In this document: positions 37,301 to 50,035 of the stretch, piece after piece
Numbering within the stretch: the first letter of the stretch is position 1
Layout of the letters: every line of letters begins with the position of its first letter
NCBI RefSeq assembly: GCF_035084215.1
Contig: NC_090327.1
Coordinates: 113,212,001 to 113,276,000 of the forward strand
Direction: 5' to 3'
Origin: Heptranchias perlo
Lineage: Eukaryota
Length of the DNA stretch: 64,000 bases
The notes under the pieces: generated by a model
The model's database searches: none
The model's input: the letters and a program-made list of their open reading frames with translations, nothing else
Told to the model about the DNA's origin: nothing
Position numbers and translations under genes: made by a program

Positions 37301-38025
37301 TTGTGTATTCCCTTGTCTTGTTTGCCCTCCCCAAATGCATTACCTCACACTTCTCTGGATTGAATTCTATTTGCCACTTTTCTGCCCACCTGACCAGTCC
37401 ATTGATATCTTCCTGCAGTCTAAATATGGTCAATTTTTGTACCTTCTGCAAACTTCTTAATCATGCTCCCTTCATTTAAGTCCAAATCATTAATATATAC
37501 CACAAAAAGCAAGGGACCTAGTACTGAGCCCTGCGGAACCCCACTGGAAACAGTCTTCAGTCACAAAAACACCCGTCGACCATTACCCTTTGCTTCTAGC
37601 CACCGAGCCAATTTTGGATCCAACTTGCCACTTTCCCTTGGATCCCATGGGCTTGTTCTTTTTTGACCAGTCAACCATGTGGGACCTTGTCAAAAGCCTT
37701 GCTAAAATCCATGTAGACTACATCAAATGGACTACCCTCATCGACCCTCCTTGTTACCTCCTCAAAAAATTCAATCAAGTTAGTCAGACATGACCTTCCC
37801 TTAACAAATCCATGCTTACTGACTACACTATAATTCTTGCATCTTTCTGTAATTTGCCTGCAGATGTTCTCTATCTCCTTCCCACTGTTTGTTGACCTAT
37901 AGTATATACCCAGTAAAGTAATAGCTCCTCTATTGTTCCTTACTTCGAGCCAAATAGATACTGTCTTTGTCCCCAAAACTACATCATCCCTTTACAGTAC
38001 TATAATAGTTTATTTGATCAATACT
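34345..38025 (-). mobile_element. CR1 LINE (APE-RT remnants, internal deletions), similar to the 10672 copy, with a second CR1 nested
   Basis: ORFs 34818, 35300, 35649, 35869, 36106 and 37671 encode RT and endonuclease pieces. 3' tail (CATAGTAT-type on the + strand) at ~34350. Confidence 0.9.
36548..37820 (-). mobile_element. CR1 3' fragment of another subfamily nested in the endonuclease region
   Basis: Its own tail TAGAATCTTAGAATCATAGAA at 36548 and 205-aa RT C-terminal ORF 36637..37254; the host CR1 resumes at ~37820. Confidence 0.9.
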
Positions 38026-38305
38026 GAGAGAAGGAGCCAAGTGATGTCCAGACACGTCTCCATGAAGAAGAGAGGGAGGTAAGTAAACCTTTGACATTCT
38101 TCTACACTTGATAGTTGCTATCTCAAGAACAGAGTGGACATGTGTCTGACACAAAGTGGGGACCATTTTGTTTGGCAGCGGAATGGTATGCTACATAGAG
38201 GAATTTTTTAAAAAGCATGGGCAAAATAACTTACCCCATTCACCCCTAGTAAAGAAAAAGCAAATTCATCTACATGAAAGTGCCACTGTTTCAGTCAATA
38301 ACAAT

Positions 38306-39044
38306 TGTATCAGATTCGGACATGACACCAAATGGTAATCAATGTCTCATTCATTAATAGTTAAATCAAACATGTAAAGGTACAAAATATTAGACAACAA
38401 AGATCAAAACAATATTACTCCTTTTGATCTCTGGGCAAAGTTTGTAATTAAGTTGGCGACGTGGTCGTTTCAAGTTTACCCACAGCGAGGTAGTCTTCTG
38501 ATAGTCAGGCGTTCTCCTGACAGCGGTGTAATCCTCAGACATCTAGGTGTACTTCTGACAGCTGGGTGAACTTCACTGATTCCTCTACCCTGAGCTCAAA
38601 AGATGTTGGGTTTTTATGTCCCTCCTGGCAGTAACCTCACACCAAATATGGAACAGTATTCATAAGACCCTTATTAATTAACAAAGTTGTTTTACAAAGA
38701 ATTCAAGATGGTCAGCTTATTTTAGCATCACTCATTTAACCACAAGACCCTTCGCAAGGTTATTTTTTTCAAGGTGGCCAGTTTGTTTGACTGCACTGGT
38801 CTAGCTATCTCGTCGAGGTCCTGGTCTTGTTGCTATCTTTGGATTATTGTTTTGCTTTTTAGGACAATGTTCCTCTTTTACCACATGGCTGCCATGTCTA
38901 GCAAGGAGGGTAACAAGGGTCAGTCACTAACCAAAGGTGAACAGTTTACAATTCAGCAAAATGCGCAGCACAGCCTGCAGAGCATGATGGTTAGTAGCTT
39001 TAAGAAAAAGATGTCAATTTTTCCCTATTTCCAATATTCTTACA
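38306..39044 (-). mobile_element. Probable solo LTR (739 bp)
   Basis: TGTA...TACA termini flanked by a perfect 4-bp direct repeat CAAT (38302-38305 / 39045-39048). TATA-like CATAAAAA on the - strand at ~38615. No coding capacity. Orientation inferred. Confidence 0.5.
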
Positions 39045-40844
39045 CAATATACACCATAACTGTGTACCAGTCAAAAATAATTGAAGTAGTTCAACTTTTA
39101 AGAAATCCTTTCATCAAGGCCAGAACGTGACTGGCCTGTAACATCTACTATCAATATACGTGCTGAATGTACAGCAGGTGTGTATCATAAACTCCAGGAT
39201 TTTACCTGTTAGCCAATTTGGCCTTTATTTGTCCATGTTTCAGGGTTGTAATGATGTTCTCACATATTCTGTGCAAGAGTAAGAAACACTGGCAGACAGT
39301 CAGAGACGTGATTTCACACAGGCCAGCTTACAAGCTGGGAGCCAGTGACTTCAAAAACTCCTCAATTTCCAATCCCCACTCAACCATTTCCACCAGTTGG
39401 AATTTCAACCCTTTACCATCTAAGGATGGCCACTTAGATGAAGCGCTAAAGGTCTATCAATGCTTCTGGAGTCAAAACCGAGCAAGAGTCACCATCTTCA
39501 CGAGATGAGGGGAGAAAGAAAACCGGATACAACATAAGATGTTGTTGTAGCAGAAATGTCGTAACAGGCAGTTCCTGGCTATGCAAGAAATTTGCAGTGA
39601 ACTAGTTTATCAACCCATTTCTTTGCTTAACTAACAGTCCTTGGAATAGTTTGTGCAACATTTAATTATCAAGGTTGGAGAATATTTTGACAAATTCTAA
39701 AAGCTACTTGTTAAAACCAAAGCTACCTGCTTGCCAAACATGACTTGTAGCAAATGGTACAATATTTTTCAACAAAATTGCACTGTCAGCACTATTTCCT
39801 CCACCTTTTGCTAATTGCATCATTCAACCTAAAGCTGACAAGATTTCAACAAATTTCACATTGATTGTTGCAGGTTCTCTTCCAAGGAAGTCATGCTGAA
39901 CATATTTTCATGTAAATCTTGTGTCCTTGTTGGAAAATCATTACATTTCGTGGTTTGGTGCGTAGATGCGGCAAAATTCCAGAATTAGTTTGTTAATCAA
40001 CAACAGCAACCTTTTTTTCCATAATAAAGTCAGGCGATAAAAATATCCAGTGCACAAAACAGAGCTATTATATCAATTTTTCAGTTTTATTGACTGGATA
40101 TAAATAGGGACACAGAAACACATCCATTCTGCCCAAGTAAAGCAGCCCTTTGCCCTTCAGTATTTGTGAACTACAAGAATTAACAGCTTACCAAACCTAG
40201 TGCAAGAAGTGGGAATCACTGCCCCCCAAACGGAAAGTGGATTCATTCAGAAATAAGAAAGTGGAAGCAGGCCAGCAATGAAAATTACATTTACGTTAAC
40301 AACACCAACATGTTTGTTTTGTATTTCCTCTTTGTAATTATCCCTATTTTGTGCCTGTTTCACATTACGAGAAAAACATAAACTATGATTGCAATACACA
40401 CAAAACCTACGTATACCTGCACTGCACTGCATCAGTTCAGGAGAGTGAAGCACCCTCCTGTGTACAAGTAAGGTACTGCTTGTGACCACTTACTGAGAAA
40501 TTCCAATACATAATCAACGTAGATTTCCATACATTTGACCACTGAATATTGTAGAATTAATATAAAGCAAGTAAAACAGTATAGACTATCCCTATCCTCT
40601 CTTTGGTTCCTACATTCAAATTGTTCAAATTCCATTTCCTGCAAAGTGGAAAATAGTGCTATTAAGGCACAGTTGTATTACTGCCAAGGCACTCTAATCT
40701 TATGTGAGTGTCGTTCGCTGCAAGTGCACATTTCTCGTGTCATCAATGGCATTTGCTAATATAAACGGCCAGAGCTCCAGCTGTGCAGGCCCATGGATCG
40801 TGTGATCTGCCATCAAAAGAACTGCTGCTTCTTCTAGCCCACTA

Positions 40845-41175
40845 AACAACTACAATTAGCATTTATATAGCGCCCTTAACATAGTAAATGTCCTATAGCA
40901 CTTCGCAGATAGGCGTGAGGGGAAACACAGATACTGAGCCAAGACAGAAGAGATTAGAAGGGGTAACCAAAAGAGCTGGGTTTTGAGGAAGCTCTTAAAG
41001 GAGGAGAGAGTGATGGAGAAGCGGGGGGTTTTGGGAGGAGTTTTCCAGAGAATGGAAGATGGGTGGCTGAAAGCTCAGCTATCGATGGTGGGGCGAAGGG
41101 AAGATGCACAAGAGGCCGGAGTCAGGGGAACGGACAGTTTTGGGGGGGATGTAAAGCTGGAGAAGGCTCTGCAGA
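40845..41175 (-). mobile_element. L2 3' end
   Basis: GCATTTATATAGCGCCCTTAAC... is the reverse complement of the L2 tail at 21050-21085. Confidence 0.8.
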
Positions 41176-41574
41176 ACATCTAGTGACAGGTGAAGCAAGC
41201 CAAGAATGCAAATTGCACTTACGTTAATAAATTACACTCAAAAATTGATGCATCAGAATTTGCAGCGATCCTGTAAGAGAATAACTGTCCAAAGCGCCTT
41301 AATGGCAAAAATCACCTCCCAAAATATAAGAAAGGGATAAAATTTTCATCTTCAAGTGTTTTGCAAACATTTTTTCATATATTTTAAAACAGATGATGCA
41401 AGACATTTAAATCGTATTGGAATGGATCATTGTGTCACTTGTGCATGATGTCATTGGGAGGATAATGACAGAGGATTCTTCTGTCTTTTAGCCTTCTCTT
41501 AAAAAAAAATTCCAAGCATTTATTCATGAAGACAGTGCCCCTTAGTAAAGTATGTGCTGCAGGAGCCGCTCCGT

Positions 41575-43860
41575 CTTCTGGTGGTCTTTGTGATGGAGAG
41601 TACGTGGGGTCGGAAGTTCAGCTCAGGATTGAATGTGATGCCAAGGTTGCAAACTGTCCGGTTCAGTCTGAGACGATGGCTGGGAGGAGATGGAATCTGT
41701 AGTGAGAGTATGGAGATTGTGATGGGAGCCAATGGCTTTGGTCTTGCCAGTGTTTAGTTGGAGGAATTTGTGGCTCATCAAAGATGTCGGACAGGCACCT
41801 CTATAACATCTCCCTTCTTTTCCCCTACCTCAGCCCATTTGCTACTGAAACCTTGATCCATGCCTTTGTCACCTCCAGACTTGACTATTCTAAAGCTCTA
41901 CTAGCCGGCCTCCCATCCTCCACTCCATAAAGTCCATAAAGGAGTGGTTGAGAGAGATGGTGAAGAGGTGGAGCTGGGTGCCATCGGTATGCATGTGGAA
42001 GCTGACCCCATGTCTGTGGATGATGTCACCAAGAGGTGGCATGTAGATGAGGAAGACAAGGGGGTCAAGGATGAATCCTTAGGGGACTCCTGAGGTGATG
42101 GTGTGGAGACGAGAAGAGAAGCCATTTGCTAGTAATGCCCTGGCTATGATCGGATAAGTAGGAGTGGAACCAAGTCAGGGTGGTCCCACTGAGCTGGAAT
42201 AACTCTTAGAGGGCTTGACAGAGTAGATGCTGAGAGGCTGTTTCCCCTGGCTGGAGAGTCTAGAACTAGGAGGTCATAGTCTTAAGATAAGAGGTTAGAG
42301 ATGAGGAAAAAATTGGTTCACTCAGAAGGTTGTAAATCCTTAATTCTCTACCCCAGGGGGCTGTGGATGCTCAGTCGTTGAGTATATTCAAAACTGAGAT
42401 CGATAGATTTTTGGACACAAGGAAATCCAGGGATACAGGGATCGGGTGGGAAAATGGAGTTGAGGACGAAGATCAGCCATGATCTTACTGAATGGCTGAG
42501 CAGGCTCCAGGGGCCGTATAGCCTACCCCTGCTCCTATTTCTTATGTTTTTATGTTCTTATAACAGGGGAGAAATGTTGGAAGAGGATGGTTTTCATAGC
42601 TCTGTCAAAGGCTGCGGAGAGGTCAATGAGGATGAAGAGGGACAATGCCCCATCGTGACAGTAATACATACGAACAGATGGACAGGTAAAGACTGGCCAT
42701 TGAGCCTATACCAAACAGTCATGATGCAACTAACCATCATGACCCCCAGTGTTTTTTCTCTGGTGGGGGTGTCCAGAACAAGGGGGCATGGCCTTAAAAT
42801 TAGAGCCAGACTGTTCAGGGGTGATGTCAGGAAGCATTTCTTCACAAAGGGTAGTGGAAATCTGGAAATCTCTCCCCCAAAAAGCTGTTGAGGCTGGGGG
42901 TCAATTAAAAATTTTAAAACTGAGATTGATAGATTTTTGTTCGGCAAGGGTATTAAGGAATATGGAACCAAGGCGGGTAAATGGAGTTAAGATACAGATC
43001 AGGCATGATCTAATTGAATGGCGGAAGAGAATCAAGGGGCTGAATGGCCTTCTCCTCTTCCTACATTCCGATCTTCCTACCTTATCTTCCTAATCTCCTG
43101 GAAGAGGAAAAAAACAGATGAAAAAAATTTTACACCAATTTGTGAAAAAAAAATCTAAGGTGATTGAAATGAGTTCAGCAGATCACAGTGACAATGAGGT
43201 ACATACCCAATATCCCACTTACCTTTCCAACATAGTGATATTAGCCACAGCAAGGAACTCATCCAGCTCCATTTTGAACTGTTGCGTCGAATCTGCACTC
43301 GCCACTCAAGCCGGTAACTTATTCCAAGTGCCCGTAACACTCAGTGCAAAGAAAAACCTCTTGACATCGAGCCTAGTTCTGTGCTTACATAGCTCATATG
43401 CATTACCCCTTGTTTTCCCTAGCATTTCTAAATCAAATACTCTGTCCACACAGTCACAGAGAATGCCATTCATGACTGGCTAGAACTGTTTTGGTGTTGT
43501 GTGTGTGCGGGGGTGGTGGAAACCTAATTGGAGGAATTCAAACAAGGAGTTTCAGGAAAGATTGCTATGGATCTGGGAGGTGATAACACGTTTGTGGGCT
43601 TTGAGGGGCAAGGAAGGTTGGAGATGGGGTGGTAATTTGCAAGGACAGGGGGATCAAGGGTAAGTTTATTAAGGGGAGACGATGACAGTGGCGTTGAAAG
43701 GGGAGGGGGGACAGGCGTCTGAGGAAAGGAAACCATTTACAATGTCAACTAACATGGAGGTCAGGAGGGGAAGTTAAATGGTCAGCAGTTTAGTTGGATT
43801 GGAGGCAAGGGAGCATGTAGTGGAGCCTGGATGAGATGAGCTCAGAGATGGCGGAGAAAC
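41575..43860 (-). mobile_element. Fragmented L2 RT region with an inverted piece (41790-41935) and nested CR1 fragments
   Basis: LRLNRTVCNLG, TLDPPVLANY and GVPxDSSL-like pieces are homologous to 18986-19920. CR1 3' ends at ~42200-42560 (+) and ~42750-43080 (+), and an old CR1 3' remnant at ~43240-43480 (-). Confidence 0.75.
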
Positions 43861-44089
43861 TAGAGAGAGACCACCAGATTTCCCATCACATCCACCCCCA
43901 GCTACAGTGACAGTGAAGATTGGACAGAATTAGTAGCACAACTCTCAGGTGGTTACAGAGATTCATTGTCCCAGATACAACGGTACCAATAAACATGCCT
44001 GTAGATCAAATAAAGTGCCCTTCAACAATACATAAATATGAACATCCTTCACATCTATTCATTGACTCATTATATGTCATCTTTAATCT

Positions 44090-44325
44090 TCCCCTGCAAG
44101 TCACACACCATCCTGACTTGGAAATATATCACCGTTCCTTCATCATCGCTGGGTCAAAATCCTGGAACTCCCTTCCTAACAGCACTGTGGGAGAACCTTC
44201 ACACATGGACTGCAGCGGTTCAAGAAGGCGGCTCACCACCACCTTCTCAAGGGCAATTAGGGATGGGCAATAAATGTTGGCCTTGCCAGCGATGCCCACA
44301 TCCCATGAATTAATTTTTTAAAAAT
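44090..44325 (+). mobile_element. LINE 3' end (CR1/L2-group RT C-terminus plus tail); clade not determined
   Basis: SFIIAGSKSWNSLP motif typical of CR1/L2-group ORF2 C-termini, followed by AATAAA and the tail shared with 16333, 27262 and 34263. Confidence 0.75.
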
Positions 44326-45159
44326 GTAACAAGCATTTTGCAAATCACAGGTTGTATTAAGGTAAAGTAGTAGCAAATTAAAGTCAACCTGCTAACACAT
44401 CACACCACAGCCTCACTGCCCAAGTGAAGGCCCAGAGCCATGGCAGAGAGGCTGTGGTGGAGAGGGCACAACCTGGCACATATTCTATGCATGCCTGAGG
44501 ATCCAGCCCAACTGGCAAGAAGTGCAGCCTGACATTAGAAATATCATCAGGCTCACAGCTAAGCCAGGCCCAGCACGATGCCTCGTAGACCTCCCCATAA
44601 TGCCACCCCCCCAAAATAACTAAACATAAGAAAGTTCCTGGGCCTCCTCCTGACTACAAGCCGACGATGCATCCACACTTTGTATTGTATTCAGCTCTTT
44701 TCATCCACGTGTGCCAGCCTGAACTCAGAAAAACTGACAAACAGTCCCAAAACTCTGAAAACTCAAAAAACAATGTTTAACTGCAAAAACGGCCCTGAAT
44801 TAAGGCCTATGACCATGGTCACCACTTCAAGCCGACTGAATAAGTTAAATTCCATTTTATTGCAAATTAGTGCTTTGGGATAACAATCTGGATTTCATGT
44901 CAGTTTCTTTCCCTTAAAACTGAAACCCACTGGCTCCACCTATGCCACATGAAAAGCAGTAGTTACAACAGTCGTGCAGTGGGACATGAGCCAGTCGTGA
45001 CTTAAACTAGAGCTATACCCAGTATTCTAACAATTGCATTGTGAGGGGAAAAAAAGAAGTACACAAAAATGCAAGTTTTGGAGTGGTGGATTTAGAGTTT
45101 TTTGAAGAGGGAATGTGCCTTTGATGGTGAAAATGTATTTGTGTGTGTGGGGGGGGGGG

Positions 45160-45546
45160 TGGTGAAACATATAAGATCCTGAGGGGACTTGAAGGGGTAG
45201 ATGCTGAGAGGCTGTTTCCCCTTGTGGGAGAGACTAGAACTAGGGGACACAGTTTAAAAATAAGAGGTGTCCCATTTAAGACGGAGATGAGGAGAATTTT
45301 TTTCTCTCAGAGGGTCATGAGTCTGTGGAACTCCCTTCCCCAGAGAGCGGTAGAAGCAGGGTCATTGAATATTTTTAAGGCTGAGTTAGATAGATTCCTG
45401 ATTAATAAGGGAGTCAAAGGTTATAGTAGGTAGACGGGAAAGTAGGGTTGAGGTCACGATCAGATCAGCCCTGATCTTATCAAATGGCAGAGCAGGCTCG
45501 AGGTGCTGAATGGCCTACCCCTGCTCTTAATTCGTATGTTCGTATG
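45160..45546 (+). mobile_element. CR1 3' fragment
   Basis: ETYKILRGL...TRGHSLK...WNSLP and a (TTCGTATG)n tail. Confidence 0.9.
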
Positions 45547-46334
45547 GCAACTGGGGTCAGTAACACTAGAACTATGTGAAGTGTGTGAAGAGGAGGAGCA
45601 GGCCCTGAACTAGCCACTGGACTTGGGAGGAGTGAGCTAGAGGGAGGGAGAAACAAGGAATTTGAATTTGCTTATTTCAGGCCACAAATGATGACAGAAC
45701 AAACAAGGGCTCCAAGCACAGGGTGTGAGAATTGAGGTGGTCAGCAGTAAAGTTGGTGCATATGATAAAACTAAAGTAGGTATAGCTCTGGATACATCTG
45801 CTGTTTGCTCAGGGTGTACACCAGCTTTCAAGTGAGATTTTAGATTGTTAACAGTAACTTAACAGTGACCATGACTTGTTACCGTAGCTGAACGACCCCA
45901 ACTAGTCATGCAGATTCCAAATTAGTTCACTTTCTATTAACTTATTTACTCTGTATTCCCCAACTGCGTACTCCTCAGCCAGCTAAAGGAGGAGTCATCG
46001 ATAAAACCATGAAATGAGGAGTCTGAGAGGTCTAGCTAGGAGTACATTTCAAACTGCTTACAGGGAGCTGCAGTAACAAGGGAATATGAGCTTTCAAAAT
46101 TCTTCAGAGGACAGATGATTTACAATGCGGGACAGGTTATTATAATGCATGTTGCGTCTGTTGGGTTATTCATGGTATTTCAAAAATTTATCACAGAATT
46201 GCCAAGTTGCTGAGATTGTGGAACAAAATCCAACTCTGGATGAATGTCTTGGTAAAATCATTCATTTTGTGGACCCCATCTTAGAAACACTGAGATTGTT
46301 CTCAGAGACTAACAAAAATAAACAAAATATATAT

Positions 46335-47553
46335 CATAAGAAACATAAGAACATAAGAAATAGGAGCAGGAGTAGGCCAATCGGCCCCTCGAGCCTGCTC
46401 CGCCATTCAATAAGATCATGGCTGATCTGATCCTAACCTCAAATCTAAATTCATGTCCAATTTCCTGCCTGCTCCCCGTAACCCCTAATTCCCTTTACTT
46501 CTGGGAAACTGTCTATTTTTGTTTTAAATTTATTTAATGATGTAGCTTCCACAATTTCCTGGGGCAGCAAATTCCACAGACCTACTACCCTCTGAGTGAA
46601 GAAGTTTCTCCTCATCTCAGTTTTGAAAGAGCAGCCCCTTATTCTAAGATTATGCCCCCTAGTTCTAGTTTCACCCATCCTTGGGAACATCCTTACCGCA
46701 TCCACCCGATCAAGCCCCTTCACAATCTTATATGTTTCAATAAGATCGCCTCTCATTCTTCTGAACTCCAATGAGTAGAGTCCCAATCTACTCAACCTCT
46801 CCTCATATGTCCGCTCCCTCATCCCCGGGATTAACCGAGTGAACCTTCTTTGTACTACCTCGAGAGCAAGTATGTCTTTTCTTAAGTATGGACACCAAAA
46901 CTGTATGCAGTATTCCTGGTGCGGTCTCACCAATACCTTATATAACTGCAGCAATACCTCCCTGTTTTTATATTCTATCCCCCTAGCAATAAACGCCAAC
47001 ATTCCGTTGGCCTTCTTGATCACCTGCTGCACCTGCATACTAACTTTTTGATTTTCTTGCACTAGGACCCCCAGATCCCTTTGTACTGCAGTACTTTCCA
47101 GTTTCTGGCCATTAAGATAATAACTTGCTCTCCGATTTTTCCTGCCAAAGTGCATAACCTCACATTTTCCAATATTGTATTGCATCTGCCAAATCTCCGC
47201 CCACTCACCCAGCCTGTCTATATCCCCTTGTAGGTTTTTTATGTCCTCCTCACTCTCTACTTTCCCTCCCATCTTTGTATCATCTGCAAACTTTGATATG
47301 TTACACTCAGTCCCCACCTCCAAATCGTTAATACAGATTGTAAAGAGTTGGGGACCGAGCACTGACCCCTGCGGAACACCACTGGCTACTGGTTGCCAGT
47401 CCGAGAATGAACCATTTATCCCAACTCTCTGCTTCCTGTTAGATAACCAACCCTCCACCTATGCCAGAATATTACCCCCAATCCAGTGATTCTTTATCTT
47501 GAGCAATAATCTTTTATGTGGCACCTTGTCGAATGCCTTCTGGAAGTCTAAAT
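46335..47553 (-). mobile_element. Young 5'-truncated CR1 with uninterrupted 335-aa RT C-terminal ORF
   Basis: ORF 46451..47458 with SGVPQGSVLGP and FADDTK; (CATAAGAA)n tail on the + strand; AAATATAT on both flanks. Confidence 0.95.
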
Positions 47554-47929
47554 ATATTAACAAATTAACAAAATATATAACTTGCAGCCACTGATCTTTA
47601 TTTGAAGGTGTGTAAACCAGCAATGCAGCAAGCATATCCGAGCATTATGTCATCAAATAGGGTGAATGTGGTTTGTTTTTGAACAAGCACTCAATAATTC
47701 CCTTGTTATGGGGGGTTGGAATTTTGGAACTAGACGGCATATCCTCTGGGACTCATTGTGAGGACTGGATCCAACAGAGCTGCCAACCCCTGTTTGCTCT
47801 GTTGACGCGACAGCTCCAAAAGCATATGTAGGAGAGGCAACGGGAGCAGGTCAGAGACACAAACGCTGTTTTAGAGCCACTATGCGACCAAAGTGGAGCA
47901 GGGCCGAAAGAACGGGCTGTCCATTCCAC

Positions 47930-50035
47930 TGTGTTTTCAGTGGTTAGTGTCTTTTTAATGGCTAGACTTTTAGAGTTTTAGTGTTAGCTAAACAGTTAAA
48001 TTTAGTGTACAGTCTATAATATTAATTGTAGTTGGTTACCATTGATTGAGAAATAACTATCTTAAAAAAGGGTAAATAAATAAAGAAATAATAAATAGGA
48101 GCTTAAGGGGTACTGAGATAAAACATATAAATAACATAAGAGGCAATTAAATATAATATAAAGAGACTCTAAACGGAATGGAGGGACAGCTGAGCCCCAT
48201 TGCCTACAATTCCTGCGCCATGTGGGAACTCCAGGACACTCTTGGTGTCCTGGGTGATCATGTGTGCAGGAAGTGCCTCCGGTTGCTCGAGCTCGAGCTC
48301 AGAGTTTCACGGGAGGCTGAGAATTTCCTAGACCGTACATTCCGTGTCAGCCGTGGCTCAGTTGGTAGCACTCTCGCCTCTGAGTCAGAAAGTTGTGGGT
48401 TCACAGTCTCACTCCAGAGACTCAAACACAAAATCTAGGTTAACACTCAGTGCAGTACTGAGGGAGTGCTGCACTGTCGGAGGTGCCGTCTTTTGGATGA
48501 AACGTTAAGCCAAGGCCCCATCTGCCCTCTCAGGTGGATGTAAAAGTTCCCATGGCGCTATTTCAAAGAAGAGCAGGGCAGTTCTCCCCGGTGTCCTGGC
48601 CAATATTTGCCCCTCAATCAACATCACTAAAACAGGTTACCTGGTCATTATCACATTGCTGTTTGTGGGAGCTTGCTGTGCGCAAATTGGCTGCCGCATT
48701 ACCTACATTACAACAGTAGCTACATTTTAAAAAGTGCTTCATTGGCTGTAAAGCGCTTTGGGATATCCTGAAGTCATGAAAGGCACTGTATAAATGCAAG
48801 TTGTTCTTTCTTTCTTTCTTTTTTTCTTTCCAGGAGGTGGTCAACCCACAGTCACAGAGAGCTCAGGACAGTAAGTGGGTGGCCATCCGACAGGGTAAGA
48901 AGAGGAAGGCAGTGCAGGAATCCTCCGGGAGTGTGTCGCTCACTAACTGGGTTTTCAGCATTGCGGGTGAGGTTGACAACACCTCGAAGGAGTACATAGC
49001 ACTATGGGGCAAAGGACTGTCGAGGGGGGCACAGCAAAGTGTAGGAATGAAGTTGCTTTAGAGGACTCAGTAGTCAGGGGGACAGACAGGCGTTTCTGCT
49101 ACCGTTGACTTGAGTCCCCCATGGCGTGTTGCCTCCCCGGTGCCAGGATAAAGGACATCACTGAGAGGGTGTAGAACATTTTGAGGGGGGAAGGGGAACA
49201 GTAATTGAACAATGGGAGACCTTCAAGGAGGTGTTGGTTCGGGTACAGAGTCAACACATGAAGTGTGAAGTGATACATTTTGGTAGGAAGATCGAGGAGA
49301 GGAAATATAAACTAAATGGTACAATTTTAAAGGGAGTGCAGGAACAGAGAGACCTGGGGGTGCATGTACACAAACCTTTGAAGGTGGCAGGATAAGTTGA
49401 GAAGGCTGTTAAAAAAGCAACTGGGATCCTTGGCTTTATAAATAGAGGCATTGAGTACAAATGCAAGGAAGTTACGCTAAACCTTTATAAAACACTGGTT
49501 AGGTCTCAGCCGGAGTATTGTATTCAATTCTGGGCACCACACTTTAGGAACGATGTCACGGCTTTAGAGCTGGTGCAGAAGAGATTTACTAAAATGGTAC
49601 CAGGGATGAGGGACTTCAGTTATGTGGAGAGACTGGAGAAGATGGGGTTGTTTTCCTTATAGCAGAGAATGTTAGGCGGAGATTTGATAGAGGTGTTCAA
49701 AATTATGAACGGTTTTGATAGAGTAAATAAGGAGAAACTATTTTCAGATGACACAGATTTAAGGTGATTGGCAAAAGAACCAGACGCGACATGAGGAAAC
49801 ATTTTTTTATGCAGCAAGTTGTAATGATCTGGAATGCACTGCCTGAAAGGGTGGTAGAGTCAATAGTAACTTTCAAAATGGAATTAGATAAGTACTTGAA
49901 AGAAAAACATTTACAGGGCTACGGTGAAAGAGCAGGGGAATGGGACCAATTGGCTAGCCCTTTCAAAGAGCCGGCACAGGCAAGATGGGTCAAATGGCCT
50001 CTTTCTGTGCTGTATCATACTATGATACTATGGTA
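47930..50035 (+). mobile_element. Internally deleted CR1 (5'UTR/ORF1 remnant joined to RT 3' part), interrupted by a SINE
   Basis: ORF1 CAMWEL...HVCRKCLRLLELELRV, GDS-type esterase remnant at ~49060-49190, RT 3' part 49255-50035 and (ATACTATG)n tail. Confidence 0.85.
48344..48830 (+). mobile_element. Deu-domain tRNA-derived SINE (SacSINE1-like), full length
   Basis: Pol III A box TGGCTCAGTTGG (48354), degenerate B box (~48398), central GTGCAGTACTGAGGGAGTGCTGCACTGTCGGAGGTGCCGTC block and L2-like tail TATAAATGCAAGT followed by (TCTT)n. Confidence 0.88.

Noticed and set aside
46451-47458. Functional reverse transcriptase CDS
   Set aside because: It is a 5'-truncated CR1 copy lacking a promoter, the endonuclease and the N-terminal RT; the open frame reflects young age.
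48350-48420. tRNA gene
   Set aside because: It is the tRNA-derived head of a SINE, continuous with the SINE body and with a degenerate B box.
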